From Craspedostauros australis (Eukaryota), in the NCBI GenBank assembly GCA_030167865.1, contig JALAGF010002520.1, positions 1 to 52,231 of the forward strand: a DNA stretch of 52,231 nt. The letters run 5' to 3'. Of this stretch, positions 24,438 through 36,600 are shown one piece after another; positions within the stretch are counted from its first letter, which is position 1, and each line of letters starts with the position of its first letter. The position numbers were made by a program, and so were the translations under genes. Below the pieces are notes generated by a model, which was not told the origin of the DNA, ran no database searches, and was given only the letters and a program-made list of their open reading frames with translations.

Positions 24438-25270
24438 AGCACTCTTGATGGCGGCAGCGGCGACACAAGGGAGAAGAGCGCACTCACAGATTTTGATACA
24501 CGTTTCATAGTAACAACAGTGATGATACAAGCCAAAGTATGATGAAGGGGTCGCTTTTGGAGATTTGGTGACACATCTTTCGTTTTCTCGATTCAATCCG
24601 ATATATCCTTTCAATAGTACCAACAATAGTACCACGATGTCAACATACCATATACTACTAATACTGTACTTCGATTCATTCGAATAGAATTTGCAACAAA
24701 ACATGAAAGAAAGGAAACATCAAGAGGATCCACGGCAAGAACAATCGACCATGGAGATCCCAATCGTGGTGATCGCCCACAGCGACGGCGATGGCGCTTC
24801 ACGACACAAACGGCTCGTACGACTACGACGACATAACCGTGTGAGCCACGTCGCAGAGTTCTCCCTCATTGTTGTCGTGTCAGTTCCCTCCTTGTTGTTT
24901 CCACGAAACAGAACGAAACACAACACAGCGGCTGGCTGCATCCAAACCGGAAAGCTGCAACACAACAGAGCAAGGCGTGTCATACTCTCAGCACTCTTGG
25001 ACGAAAACCAACACGCTGCCCACTTCGGAACCTTAGGTGTGGGAGTGAGAGTGAGAGTTAGTGTGAGCGTGTGGGAGAGTGCTGGAGTGGAAGATACAGA
25101 TAAGCAAGGGACGGAAATCCCGTTTGATGCCGGAAAGAACACTCCTACATATTCTATGATATTGCCATAGAGTGTCTTACTGCACATCATAAACGCCATA
25201 CACACCATACCGATACTCCACACTCCATCCTCCACATACTCCACATACTCCACAATCGTTCTGAACAAAG

Positions 25271-28200
25271 ATGGGAGCCAGCCACACGACTCTGGTGTCG
25301 GAAGCGGACGAGTCGCCTCCCGCGCTTGAGGAAGATCAGCTGGCGCTGTCGCAGTATGCGATCGAGCAGCAGCTCCTGCCGGCGTCCGGTCGCATGATGC
25401 GGACGTACCGGCTGAAGCACAAGCAGAATGCCTCCATGGTGGTTCTCAAAACGCTCTGGTCCGAGAGCTCCGAGGAATCGGATGTCCAGGAGCAGCGCAA
25501 GGAGCTGCAGCGCATCAAGGAGGCACTCAGGGGCGAGCCGCACGTGGCTCCCTACCTGTACTGGTACAGCGGGACGTACCGATTCAAGAACACGCAGTCG
25601 TTGCGACCGCTTCATCTGCTGCGGCCCTGCTTCAACACCACGCTGTCCGATCGGCTGGCATCGCGCCCGTTCCTGGTTCACGTGGAGAAGATGTGGATCG
25701 CATACCAGATACTGCAGGCCGTCGATGCCATGCATTCCAAGGGCGTCGTGCATGGCTTCCTGACGACGGAGAATGTCGGCCTCTCCAGCTGGAACTGGGT
25801 CGTCATCACGGATGTGGCCAGCTACAAGTCCCGCACGAGGTTGCCGGATGATGATCCGTCTGATTATGTGTACTACTTTCAGGAGCACGACCAGCTGGGA
25901 TCCGAATCCACGCGTCGAGAGAAGCGATGCTACTTGGCACCCGAGCGTTTCTACTCACCCAAGCACGAGCAGCATTCAACGCACAACGCCCGTGCCGGCG
26001 ACAGTAATAACAGCAACAGCAACAAAACCAATGACGGTGCCGCAAATGCCACCACCAACAGCAATCGCAGCAGCGATGGTGGCATGAACAGCAACAGCGG
26101 CAACACAACCGGCAGCACCGCTGGTGCCGCCTCCAATCTCTCCGGTGCGGCAAACTCGGGCCGTGCGCTCAACGAGGCGATGGATATCTTCTCCACTGGT
26201 TGCGTGTTCCTGGAGACCTTCCTCAATGGCGAGCGCGCCATGGATTTGGGAGACCTCATGGAGTACAGAAAGATGAAATCGAGCAGCACGCTGCAGCAAA
26301 AGCTCAACAAACTCGAGTACTCCGCGTTGCGCGCGGCATGCCGTCACATGCTACATCTGGACCCAACCGAGAGACTGTCGGCAAGCGCCTACCTCGAACG
26401 CTTCAAGGAAAACAACCTCGTGCCAGAATCCTTCGAGCTGATCGCCCCGCTCATGAGACGTCTCACCTTTTGCAATCCGGATCATAGAATGGCGGTCGCC
26501 GCCGCTCATTATGACGAAGTAGTCAAGGCGTGCCTCGGATTTTCTGATCCAGACGGAGCCCGGTTCATGGAGAAGGCAATCGGATCGACGATGGCCAAGC
26601 TCCGTCAGTCGTCCTCCATCGCCTCTGCTCCATCAGCATCGTCACCAGGCATCAACCCCAACCCCATCAACGGCAACGGCACCAACGGGGGCACCGATAC
26701 TACCAATGCTGCTGCTCAAGATCCTGAACAAACAGCAGCTGGGGGTAGATCAAATAATGCGACTGGCTTTTCCACCCTCCCGACATCCACATCAACCCGT
26801 TCGATTGATCTGCTGGCAGAAACGGAAGCACTTTTGCGCAAGCTCGAGAATCTCTCCTTTGACGACGATGACAACGGCAACGGCGGCTCCACCAATCCCC
26901 AGGGTCAGCAACCGCAGCATGGCCGACCCGAGGTTGGCAAAGATGCTACGGCAGCACCATCCGCCGATGAGAACGGACGCGCCGTCAAAACTCCGCTCTC
27001 CCAGGAATCTCTCCTCATCTACCACCAGGTCTTCATCTCCAACTGCTCTTACGTGCAACGACCCACGAGCCGGCTGGTCTCCATCCAGGCAATGAAGCAC
27101 ATCGCACGTCTTTCCTCCGACGAGATCAGACTGCAACGCATCGTGCCCGTTGCCGTATCTCTTCTGCACGATCAGGATTCCTTGGTCCGGGCTCTCGCAA
27201 TCCGCTTGCTGGCTTCGACGCTCAGCCTCATTGAATCCTTCCCGCCCTCGGACTCCAAACTGTTCCCGCAGTACATCTTCAAACGGATCGCGGATCTTAA
27301 CACCGATCCCTCGTTGGTGGTGAGAATTGCATTCGCAGAGAACATCGCCGTTTTTGCAGAAATCTCAATGCGATTCTTGGATATTTCGCATGCGGTGCAG
27401 CTGTACGAAGCTGTGGGCGGTGGCAACACGACCTCAAGTCTCAATGTCAGCGCTCCATCGTCCCACATCGGTACCCCATTCACAACGGGCGATACGGCGG
27501 CCAAGAAGGAATCCATCTTTGCGGACGACGTCGCCAATCTGCTTGTCGACGGCAAGCCAACGAAGCAGCAGCAGCAGAAGATGCTCGAAGCATCGGAATC
27601 TGGAGTCGAATCGAGCGCCGGTGGTTCCGAAGCCATGGTCGCCGCAGGAAGAACCATCATCAACAGCACGTACAATGCGGACGTTTCAGCGTTGCAGGAA
27701 TTCGTGTCAAGATGGGTGGTCCATGTCACAACGGATCAATCGGAGCACTCTTCACCCACCAAACGCGCATTACTCAAAGACCTCCCGCGGCTCTGCAACT
27801 TCTTCGGCCTGGACGGAGTCATGGCATTCATCCTGCCACAGATTCTGTCATTTTTGAACGACCGAAAGGACTGGCAGCTGCGATCATCACTATTTGAAAG
27901 TCTACCATCAGTGTGCCACTTCATCGGTCGTGCGGCCACCGAACACTACGTCCTTCCTTGTCTCGAAACTGCGCTGGTGGATGCGGAGGAGACCGTGGTA
28001 TGCACCGCGATTGATTGCTTGAACCAGCTCCTCGATTTGCATCTGCTATCGCGCTCCATGATCATCGGCGTGAAGACTGCCCGCGACCCCACCGCTTCGT
28101 CCGGATTGCTGAAGAAGTACGGCGTCTTGCTCATCCATCCATCGAAGAATATCCGACATGCGACAGCAAGAAGCGTCCTCGTGACGTGCAAGTGGCTGGG

Positions 28201-30517
28201 ATTTCCAGACAGCGAAGTGTTCGTGGTGCCCCTGCTCCAGTCATTCCTGCGCTTCCATCCTTCCTCGCTCCACCTCCAATCCATCGATGGGATCCTCAAG
28301 TGCCTCTCCAAGCCATGGTCACGAGAACGGTATCAAGACGAACTCGACAAGCTCCGCGCAGCAGACTCCTCCCTGTCTCCCAACGAATGGACGTCCATCG
28401 GCTTCCACGTCCAGGACGGACCGGAGAGCGAGAGTCTGCAGATCGAGTCAACGTCGAAGGAGGTGGTAGAATCTGTGGAACTGGATGACCAAACTCAGGC
28501 CGTCGTCAACTACCTCAAGATGGTCACGAGAGGCAGAGCCAAGTTTTCGGCACCCGGAGGCGAAACTCCTGATCGGTGCCTCCAAATCCCCATCGAAGGA
28601 TCCATGAAACAGACTCAGAACATACGATTCCCGCGACAGGATGCATTCGCCTCCTTCCGCACGAGCCTGCCACCGTGGTATCAGGCTCTGTGCGACGCAC
28701 AAGAAGGCGGTGGCTTTGACCATGTTTCGCCTGCGGTTGGAATCAAATCCGTCTCTGGGCTGGGGCAAGTGTACGGATTGTCGATCATGGGACAAAGCGT
28801 CACAACGACACCCGCGGCAAGCACCACAGCCGGCGGACTCAACGACGTGGAACGCGCCGAAGCTGCGCTGTCATCCAACGAATCGAAGGTCATCGACGCA
28901 GCCTTCCGCGGCGAATGGGGAGCCGAGGTGAGCCTCGATCCCAACCTGACAGACACGACTCTGCTGATCACCAAACTAAATGCCTTGAAGGTTCCAACCT
29001 TGCCACCGAATCTGGGACATCAGCTGCCCATCCTCCCACGCTCCGCGTACACGTCGAACCTGAGAGGTTCCAGCACGAAGGATTCGTATTCGGATCGATC
29101 ATCCCGAATCGACCGCATGCTGATATCATCGAGCACGATGTCAACGAATGGCCACACAGCTCCCGTCGTGCGAATTGCATTGTCCAGCGACCAGCGTTTC
29201 TTTGCAACTGCAAGCCACGATGGGACGTGCCAGGTTTGGGAGCCTTCCAAGATCGCGAATTCCTCCGGATTCCTCGGTAGCTCCGTATCATACACAAGCC
29301 ACCGCGACCTGAATTCCACGCACCGAGTTCGTATCAACGACCTTTGCATCATCGATGGTGGCCATTCCATTGTGTCCGGTGCGAGCGACGGATCCGTGCA
29401 TGCCTGGAGGGTCGATCTGGCATCCACATCCTCAGCGTCCTCGTTGGGATCGTCCTCGTCAAACCCAATTGCGTCCAGCAGCGGCGGCGCGGAGCAAATG
29501 GGTTCCAGCAATGCCAGGGTCATCGGTTCTACGCGGTTAAAGCATCTGAAACCGGATGAGGGAGAGGTGCTCGTCGTGAATCATTTCAATTCTCCATCTG
29601 CATCTGTCATGCTGTTCGGTACGCAGAAAGGAAACATTCACTCCTGGGATTTGCGCAGCCCCGACGAGCCATTCGTGCTGAAATCGTTGCAGGGCACTGG
29701 ATACTTGACTAGCATGGCGCTCGGGAATGATCGCAACTGGGTTGTGTCCGGCACGAGCAAGGGATATTTGACGCTGTGGGATTTGCGGTTCCGAAGACCC
29801 GTCAAGGTCTGGCAGCATTCGCGTGAGTCTGCCATCAATCGGTTGGCAACGTCGTTCGTCACACCACCGCAGACATGGGGATCAAAGTCGGCGGTCTTTG
29901 ACGGTCGCCCGTTTGCGTTCGTCGCAAGTGGGCCGAACGAATGCGGGATGTTTGATCTGATGGATGGATCCTGCCGAGAATGCTTCCGCACTGTCGACTA
30001 CGACAACAGCTATCGCAACAACGCCCGCGATGAGATTCCAAGATTGCGAGAGGTCGCGTTCGCATCGCCATCGCAACGAAGAGGGTTGCTCGCCTCGGGA
30101 CTGGGCAAGACGCTGGCCAGCGTCCTCCCATCTTCTTTTCATTCCTTGAATGCGATCGTCGGCAGCATCGGGGCTATGGATTCGAGCTTCCTGATAACGG
30201 GTGGCAGCGACGGGAAGGTCAGACACTGGGACTTCGCCAATCCGTCGAAGTGCTACGTCAGCAGTGGATTGGATGTGATGCAACCGAACCCATCCTTCGA
30301 ACGCGTCGATCTCAACAAGACGTGCCGGTTGATGATTTGCCGCCAGGCACCATCGCCCCCAGCCAATGAATTCGAAAGCGAGCGCCGTCATCGAAAGCTG
30401 ATGCAGGGCGCCACCACGGAGACCAATCGGCACACGGACTCCATCCAGGACCTCAAGCTGGCAAACTTTGGGCTGATCAGCTGTTCAAGAGATTGCACCG
30501 TCAAGGTTTGGAAATGA
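25271..30517 (+). CDS. VPS15: PI3K regulatory subunit VPS15 (kinase-like domain, HEAT repeats, WD40), intronless
   Basis: MGxxxT myristoylation site; LSDRLASRPFL...EKMWIAYQIL; SSWNW; RCYLAPERF; MDIFSTGC; RLQRIVP; FPQYIF; ILPQILSFLNDRKDWQLR; C-terminal WD40 repeats ending SRDCTVKVWK. Confidence 0.95.
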   Translation: MGASHTTLVSEADESPPALEEDQLALSQYAIEQQLLPASGRMMRTYRLKHKQNASMVVLKTLWSESSEESDVQEQRKELQRIKEALRGEPHVAPYLYWYSGTYRFKNTQSLRPLHLLRPCFNTTLSDRLASRPFLVHVEKMWIAYQILQAVDAMHSKGVVHGFLTTENVGLSSWNWVVITDVASYKSRTRLPDDDPSDYVYYFQEHDQLGSESTRREKRCYLAPERFYSPKHEQHSTHNARAGDSNNSNSNKTNDGAANATTNSNRSSDGGMNSNSGNTTGSTAGAASNLSGAANSGRALNEAMDIFSTGCVFLETFLNGERAMDLGDLMEYRKMKSSSTLQQKLNKLEYSALRAACRHMLHLDPTERLSASAYLERFKENNLVPESFELIAPLMRRLTFCNPDHRMAVAAAHYDEVVKACLGFSDPDGARFMEKAIGSTMAKLRQSSSIASAPSASSPGINPNPINGNGTNGGTDTTNAAAQDPEQTAAGGRSNNATGFSTLPTSTSTRSIDLLAETEALLRKLENLSFDDDDNGNGGSTNPQGQQPQHGRPEVGKDATAAPSADENGRAVKTPLSQESLLIYHQVFISNCSYVQRPTSRLVSIQAMKHIARLSSDEIRLQRIVPVAVSLLHDQDSLVRALAIRLLASTLSLIESFPPSDSKLFPQYIFKRIADLNTDPSLVVRIAFAENIAVFAEISMRFLDISHAVQLYEAVGGGNTTSSLNVSAPSSHIGTPFTTGDTAAKKESIFADDVANLLVDGKPTKQQQQKMLEASESGVESSAGGSEAMVAAGRTIINSTYNADVSALQEFVSRWVVHVTTDQSEHSSPTKRALLKDLPRLCNFFGLDGVMAFILPQILSFLNDRKDWQLRSSLFESLPSVCHFIGRAATEHYVLPCLETALVDAEETVVCTAIDCLNQLLDLHLLSRSMIIGVKTARDPTASSGLLKKYGVLLIHPSKNIRHATARSVLVTCKWLGFPDSEVFVVPLLQSFLRFHPSSLHLQSIDGILKCLSKPWSRERYQDELDKLRAADSSLSPNEWTSIGFHVQDGPESESLQIESTSKEVVESVELDDQTQAVVNYLKMVTRGRAKFSAPGGETPDRCLQIPIEGSMKQTQNIRFPRQDAFASFRTSLPPWYQALCDAQEGGGFDHVSPAVGIKSVSGLGQVYGLSIMGQSVTTTPAASTTAGGLNDVERAEAALSSNESKVIDAAFRGEWGAEVSLDPNLTDTTLLITKLNALKVPTLPPNLGHQLPILPRSAYTSNLRGSSTKDSYSDRSSRIDRMLISSSTMSTNGHTAPVVRIALSSDQRFFATASHDGTCQVWEPSKIANSSGFLGSSVSYTSHRDLNSTHRVRINDLCIIDGGHSIVSGASDGSVHAWRVDLASTSSASSLGSSSSNPIASSSGGAEQMGSSNARVIGSTRLKHLKPDEGEVLVVNHFNSPSASVMLFGTQKGNIHSWDLRSPDEPFVLKSLQGTGYLTSMALGNDRNWVVSGTSKGYLTLWDLRFRRPVKVWQHSRESAINRLATSFVTPPQTWGSKSAVFDGRPFAFVASGPNECGMFDLMDGSCRECFRTVDYDNSYRNNARDEIPRLREVAFASPSQRRGLLASGLGKTLASVLPSSFHSLNAIVGSIGAMDSSFLITGGSDGKVRHWDFANPSKCYVSSGLDVMQPNPSFERVDLNKTCRLMICRQAPSPPANEFESERRHRKLMQGATTETNRHTDSIQDLKLANFGLISCSRDCTVKVWK

Positions 30518-30645
30518 TGGAGATTCGTTTCCGTCAAAGATCGGATCACCACCACTTCACAGTTTCCACCTTTCATACACACGAGGACAAAGATACTATT
30601 ATACTCTATTGTATTACGTATTGTGTAGTGCACGCTCCAACCAGA

Positions 30646-33600
30646 TCACATGAAAGCCCCGTCAAATGATCTGTTGTCTTGTTGTGGCGGTGCCGATGGT
30701 GGTGGCTGTGACGCGAATGGCATGTTGATAGAGGCACGAGGATCGAAATCAGCCATCTCTTCTCCTCCTTCTCCATGTTCTCCTTCTCCCATTGGCATGT
30801 CGAAGTACGGAGTCACTGTGTGAGTCTGGCTTGGTTCGTACGCGTTGCCATACGTAGATGCAGCAAAGTGAGGTTGCTCCATAGGTGCCTCGACTGCAGG
30901 GACAGGGAGCATACCAGTAGAACCGACGCCCTCGAACTCATGGTATGGCTGCGCGTCGTATGGATTTGTTGTTGCTGGCACACCACCAAGTTGCGCAGGT
31001 ACCGTTCGGTATGGCACTGATGATGACGATGCTGCGGCTGTTGCTGCTGGGCGCAAATAACCTTGCTGAGCCATGATTTGCGTTGATATGCTAGCTGGAC
31101 GAAGCATGCGCGGCGCACGAGTCCTCGCTGTGGATTGTGGTCGTCCAACGTATCCCTGATGACGGCCGGGAAATTGGGGACGTTGCATTTGGCGGAAGCG
31201 AGCGAATTGCGATGACTGCGGAGGCACGAACTGCTGCGGTTGCTGCAGGTAATGATACTGTTGGCTTTGGTACGGTTGGTGACGGTGCTGCTGATCCGGT
31301 TGCTGACTCGCCATCATCATCGTCGGGATCATGGGTTGTTGGATCGACATGCTTGGAGACCAGTTCTGGGAAGCGGCAAGCCCTGTCGTGTTCTGCGTAT
31401 TTACGAAGGGTGCCAGGCGATGCGTCTGGGAGGAAGGCACAAAGCCACCTCGATGCTGTGGCAACCGCAGCGGTTGGTTTGATTGCTGTGATTGCCATGG
31501 AGCCGCATGGCGATTGGCATATTCCAAGCGGTACGCCTCCTGCTCTGCCGCCTTCTGCCGCAGCAGCTGCGGTGTTGACAAGCTGGGCTCTGCAACTCGT
31601 CTGCGTTTGACGAACTGGCGGGATCTGCTGAAGGGCCTATGGACGGATCGTGGTGATACGCTACGACCCTGTCGAATATACTGCGGTCGCTGGAACGAAC
31701 ATGACGAAGATATCGGCTGGCGTTGACTTGACGGAGCACTTTGCTTGACGTCGTCGTCATGGGATAGCGATTCCAGTAACCCTTCAGCATCATTCGGATC
31801 GTGCTTGTAGTGCGTGAATGGGTTGTCCTTTTTGCTGGAGAATGCGCGGGTTTGCTTTCGCTGCATCTCTCTCTTCGCTCTCCCCCAATCCGGCCTGGAT
31901 CTACTCCTCGCAACGCTGCTCTGAAGCGACGACGATGTTGGAGACATTTGAGACATGGGACTTGCTTGCGAATTCGGAATGTCAATAAAGGCTGGTCTTG
32001 CATCAGATGGTCTCGGTGCACTCGCTGGTGTTCCAGCCTGCTCCCGAGTATCGGCATTCTGCAAAGTGGAACCAGCCAGTCCAAATCGGGTTGGAGAACG
32101 CCCATGCTGGCTGTGTTGATGCAATCGTTGTGAAGAGGCAGGCCCGCGAGCGATGGACTTGTCCGCTCCTTCTATCATCCTTGGAGTGATGGATTTCTTC
32201 GCAGCTTCTTGCGTCTGTACGTTGTGCTGCGCATCCGCCATGACTCGCGCCATCCTCTCGCTCGATGCTTGTGCCTGAGTGCCTATGTTCCTCAAAATGC
32301 CTTTCTCCATCCGACTCGTGGTCATGCTTGCAGCAACAGTCGGAACCTTCACAGAAGCCTTGCGGCATCTGGGCGTGGCCTTCGTTGCTCGTTTCGAGGG
32401 CGTCTTCGTGGACGTAGATTTCACCACGCCCCTGATATCACGCTGCTTCTGTTGGGATGGCGTCTGATGGTGATTTGAAGAACGCCGATCACAGTGTTTG
32501 CTGTTAGGTGCTGAATTCCCTTGGGCCTCCAGGGTTCTGGGTGTATTGGCATCGACTGTGATTCCATCGACGGAACAATCTCCGCTCACCTCGAAGACTT
32601 TGTCCAATCCAACGAGGGAGGCGAGCAGCCGGATATAGAGCTTGTGGAATTTGGTCGGACATTCGAATCGAAAATGTTTGGGTCCACTGACGTTGTCCTC
32701 GAAGAAGATCAAGCTACCTGGATGGTCGGCATAGACGAGGAGAGTAAAGGTGATGCTGTGCGTCTTCTTTGGGATCATGGCGATTTCAGCACCGAATGGC
32801 ACATCCGAGTCCCTGACCAAGTCGCAGAAAACGTCCGTGGGGCGATTGGATTCCTTCGTGCGTTCCACCCGAGCCTTGATGCTCAACCCACTTTGAAGGG
32901 CACTAATGACATGGCCACGCAATTCGCGTCCGAACCTTGCTGGCTGTCCCACAGCCTTGCCGATTACAGCATCGCTGGACTTGACGACATCGTCAAACGT
33001 CGCGATACCATTGAATCGCAACTTGCCGGCCTTCTCTTGATTCACCATCGGGAATTGGTACAGCACGTTGCTGTTGTCGCCCCACACGCACGTCGATATG
33101 GCTCTGGTCAAGCGAAGGCACTGGTAGGCGATGTCACCATGTTTGGAGGCATGCACACTGTGCTGCAGGGTCGCCTCCAGAACTTGCATCGCCTTGTTGC
33201 AAGTAGAGCTCATCTCCTGCGAGAGCGTGAAGTCGTTGAATTCGAACTGTGAGATGTAGCACTGAATCAAGATGAATGCCTTTTCCCAGGGCTCTTTGAC
33301 GCGGAACTTGCTGAGGGGCCCAGTGTTGATCTTGAAGCGGAGTTCCTTGTGCTTCTCGTTGAGGAATTTCTTCTCATGCCGACGGACGGGAAAGTCGATG
33401 GCTTCATCCCTGGCCAGCACATGCATGAGTTGGCACTCTGTCGCATCTGCAGGCAGAGCATGGATCCGTTCCATCATCTGCAGCGTCACCATCTTCTGAC
33501 TCATGATGTAACTTGCCGGGTTGACACGGACCAAATCGCCAGCCTTGTCTAAAGATATCGCGTTGATCCCTTGCAGCATCCGAAATGCGGATTTGCACAC

Positions 33601-36600
33601 ATCCATTACCTTGTCATCGATTTCTGCTTCGCTGGATTGCTGTCGCAGATTGACGAACAGCAGCGTTGACTGCACCCAATGAAAGCACGAACGTAGGTCC
33701 ACAATGACGCGTTGTGATATCTCGACGTTGATCGCTTGCACGATTTTGGGAAGCAGGCGACTCTGTGCCGCGCCCAACCCAGCCGCGAGGCCTTCGATGC
33801 GGTCCCGGCTCTGATCGTCAGTGACCACCACCGCCACGCCCTTCGTGTCGAGCCCGGGGCGACCGGCTCTCCCGATCATCTGCAGGATCGTGCCGGGATC
33901 GATCTCTTGGTATCCGGAGCTTCCGCCTCGCCATGTCATGGTTCCTTTGATCACGACCAGACGGGCGGGGAGGTTGACTCCCATGGAGAGCGTTGATGTG
34001 GCGCAAAGCCATTTCAGCCGTCCAGCCGCGAAGTCCTTCTCGATGAACTTCCGCGTCTGCGCATCCAGCCCCGCATGGTGGTACGCGACGCGCTTGCTCA
34101 TGCATTCATTCAATGTGCGTATTTTGGCGAACTTGTTGCCCCGGAACTGCTGACCTCTCCCGCCCATGGAAAGGAACGAAGCAAGTCGCTCGCACTCCTT
34201 CTTGGTATGGCAGAAGATGAGAGTCTGCTTGCCTTCGGAGAACTTGTGGATGATGTTGAGTACGCACTGATCCAACGAGTTCCAGAAGAAGAATTCGTTC
34301 TTGCCCTTTCTGCCGGCACCCCACACATGGACGTCCAGCGGGACCGGGCGATAGCTGGAGTCGAATTCGTATGCCTCGTTGGCCCCGATGAGCTCGGCGA
34401 TGTCTTGCAGGTTGGGCAACGTGGCGGAGACCGCGACGATTCTCATCGGGAACGACATGGCCTGCATATGCTGATGCTGAGCGAAGCTGGGTGTACTGAG
34501 ATGTTCTTTGCCGAATTGGAAGGATGATATGGCACGCTGGATGGTCTTCATCCGCACGATGATACATTCAAGCGTCGCACCACGGTTCTCATCTCCGAGA
34601 AGATGGACCTCGTCGAGAAGCACCAGCTTGATACACGCGAACAGGAGGAATCTCGTCGTCCAGTTGCGTGTCATGGAATCGAGCTTTTCCGGGGTGGTGA
34701 GAATGATGTGAGATTCGGCGAAGGTGCGGAAGGATTCGCCATCGGCATCGCCTGTGATCACTGAGACCTTGACGCCGACGTTGATTGCTGCGAATCGCTT
34801 GGACCAGTCCTCAAAGCGTTCTTCGCACAAGGCTTTGCTAGGTGAGATGTAGACGATCTTGCGCTGCCGTGACATGCTGTTCGGTTGGACCATGCTGTTG
34901 GGAGCGATGCGGTTGGACTGCATCATCAATCGTCCTTGAAATTCCAGATCGATGGACAGGAGCCGAATCATCGCCATTTCGAACAGGACGGTCTTGCCCG
35001 CTCCTGTTGGCGCTGCGACCACCACATGATCATCAGAATGGCAAAGGAGGTTGGCCATCTCGGTCTGCATGTGGTTGAAGACGCTGAACCTTCCCTTCCA
35101 CAGCTTGTCGAACGGAATCCCGAAGAAGTCTGAGATGCTGCATCGTGTGCGGTCTTGGACGGGACGATTGGCTTCGGAGAAGGTCAGAAGACGCGGCTGC
35201 AAGCCTGGTCTGTGTGGTGTGGGGGCGTAGTGATGGTGCTGAATCTCAGGAACCACAACGACAGACGACGACATTTCGGATACCGGAATGATTGAAGCCT
35301 TCGTCGAAGGACTGTTGGCGGAGCGAAACGTTCTGACGGGCTTCGGTTTCTTGCCACGTGTACTGGTAGGATCGGTTTGAGATATGTTCCCGGAAGTGTC
35401 GCGGCGTCTTGGTGGTTCATCACGATTTGGAAGCGTGGCGCTGGCCTGGACTGATCCGTCGACCACCGGCGCATGCGTCGATGATGGATTCAACTCTATG
35501 CTGTGTTTTTCGCCGCCGTCGTCGTTTCTGTGGTCGTTGTTGCGATGACTTTCAGCACTCTTCTCGGGACTTGCCTTCGGAGTGGTATCTATGATATGCT
35601 CCGGACCCGAACGTTGCTTGGGGCCGTCAGCTTGGACCCCATCAACAGCCGTGCCGGCGTCATCCAATGGCATGTGTTGATATTCTCCCTCGCTTGGATG
35701 CTCATCTAGGCTCTCTTTGAAGAAAAGGTCGTTCTCATCGTCGGAGAATTGGGTATCGTAGATGAAGGGGGCGACTTCTTCAGCAGGAACGGGCTTTGAT
35801 TTGTCGTGTGGCCGTTCGTGGCTGGCTTTGATGTCATGAGAGGGAGGCGCAGGACCACCAGGCAATGGCGTCTTCCGAAGTCGGTAGGGATTCCGTATTG
35901 GCTTTTTGGGCGAAGGAACATCCGTCTTCTCGGGGAGATTGGTCACATCGGACGTCTGGAGTGGGCGTTTCTGTGGTCGTTCGTGGGCGGGGGAGCTGCA
36001 ATGCTTGCCTTGGTTCGAAGATGGCTTGGCACTCATCGCGGACTTGGTGGCAGCGGTCTGATTGACGCTCGATTTCCCTCGAATTGGTTGGATCAGTCGT
36101 GTTCGTGGCAGAGTTGTGGATGTCGCGCACTGATATGATATCGATTGAACATAGGGTATCGATGATGATGATGATGATGAGGAAGAAGTGGAGGAACCAA
36201 ACGGAAGAAGCATCTGCATTTGCATTGAACTTGAGCTTGAACTTGCTGCGTCTTGGTGTGGTTCTGACGCAGAGGAAGAGTTGACAGTGCTTCCACTGCC
36301 GGACGTGTTCGGGGTCACCTGCGTGTTGTTGCCCTGTGGATGAGCTGGGGCTGATCGGTGCAGCTCTCGCTCTTCTTGGTCGCGCTGGACGCTGATGAGC
36401 GCTTGTTGGACGGTGGAGGGACAACGCTTCGAATCGCTGGTGCTATGGAGCTGCGACTTCGATACACCGTGCTTGGATGTAGTCGTGGTTGACCCTTCCA
36501 AGGCGATAGATGGACGAGAGATTTTGTACTTCTCAGCAAGATCGATGCTCTCTTCTTCGTTTGAGCTTTGAGATGAATCGGAACTTGCCAAGAGCTGCGA

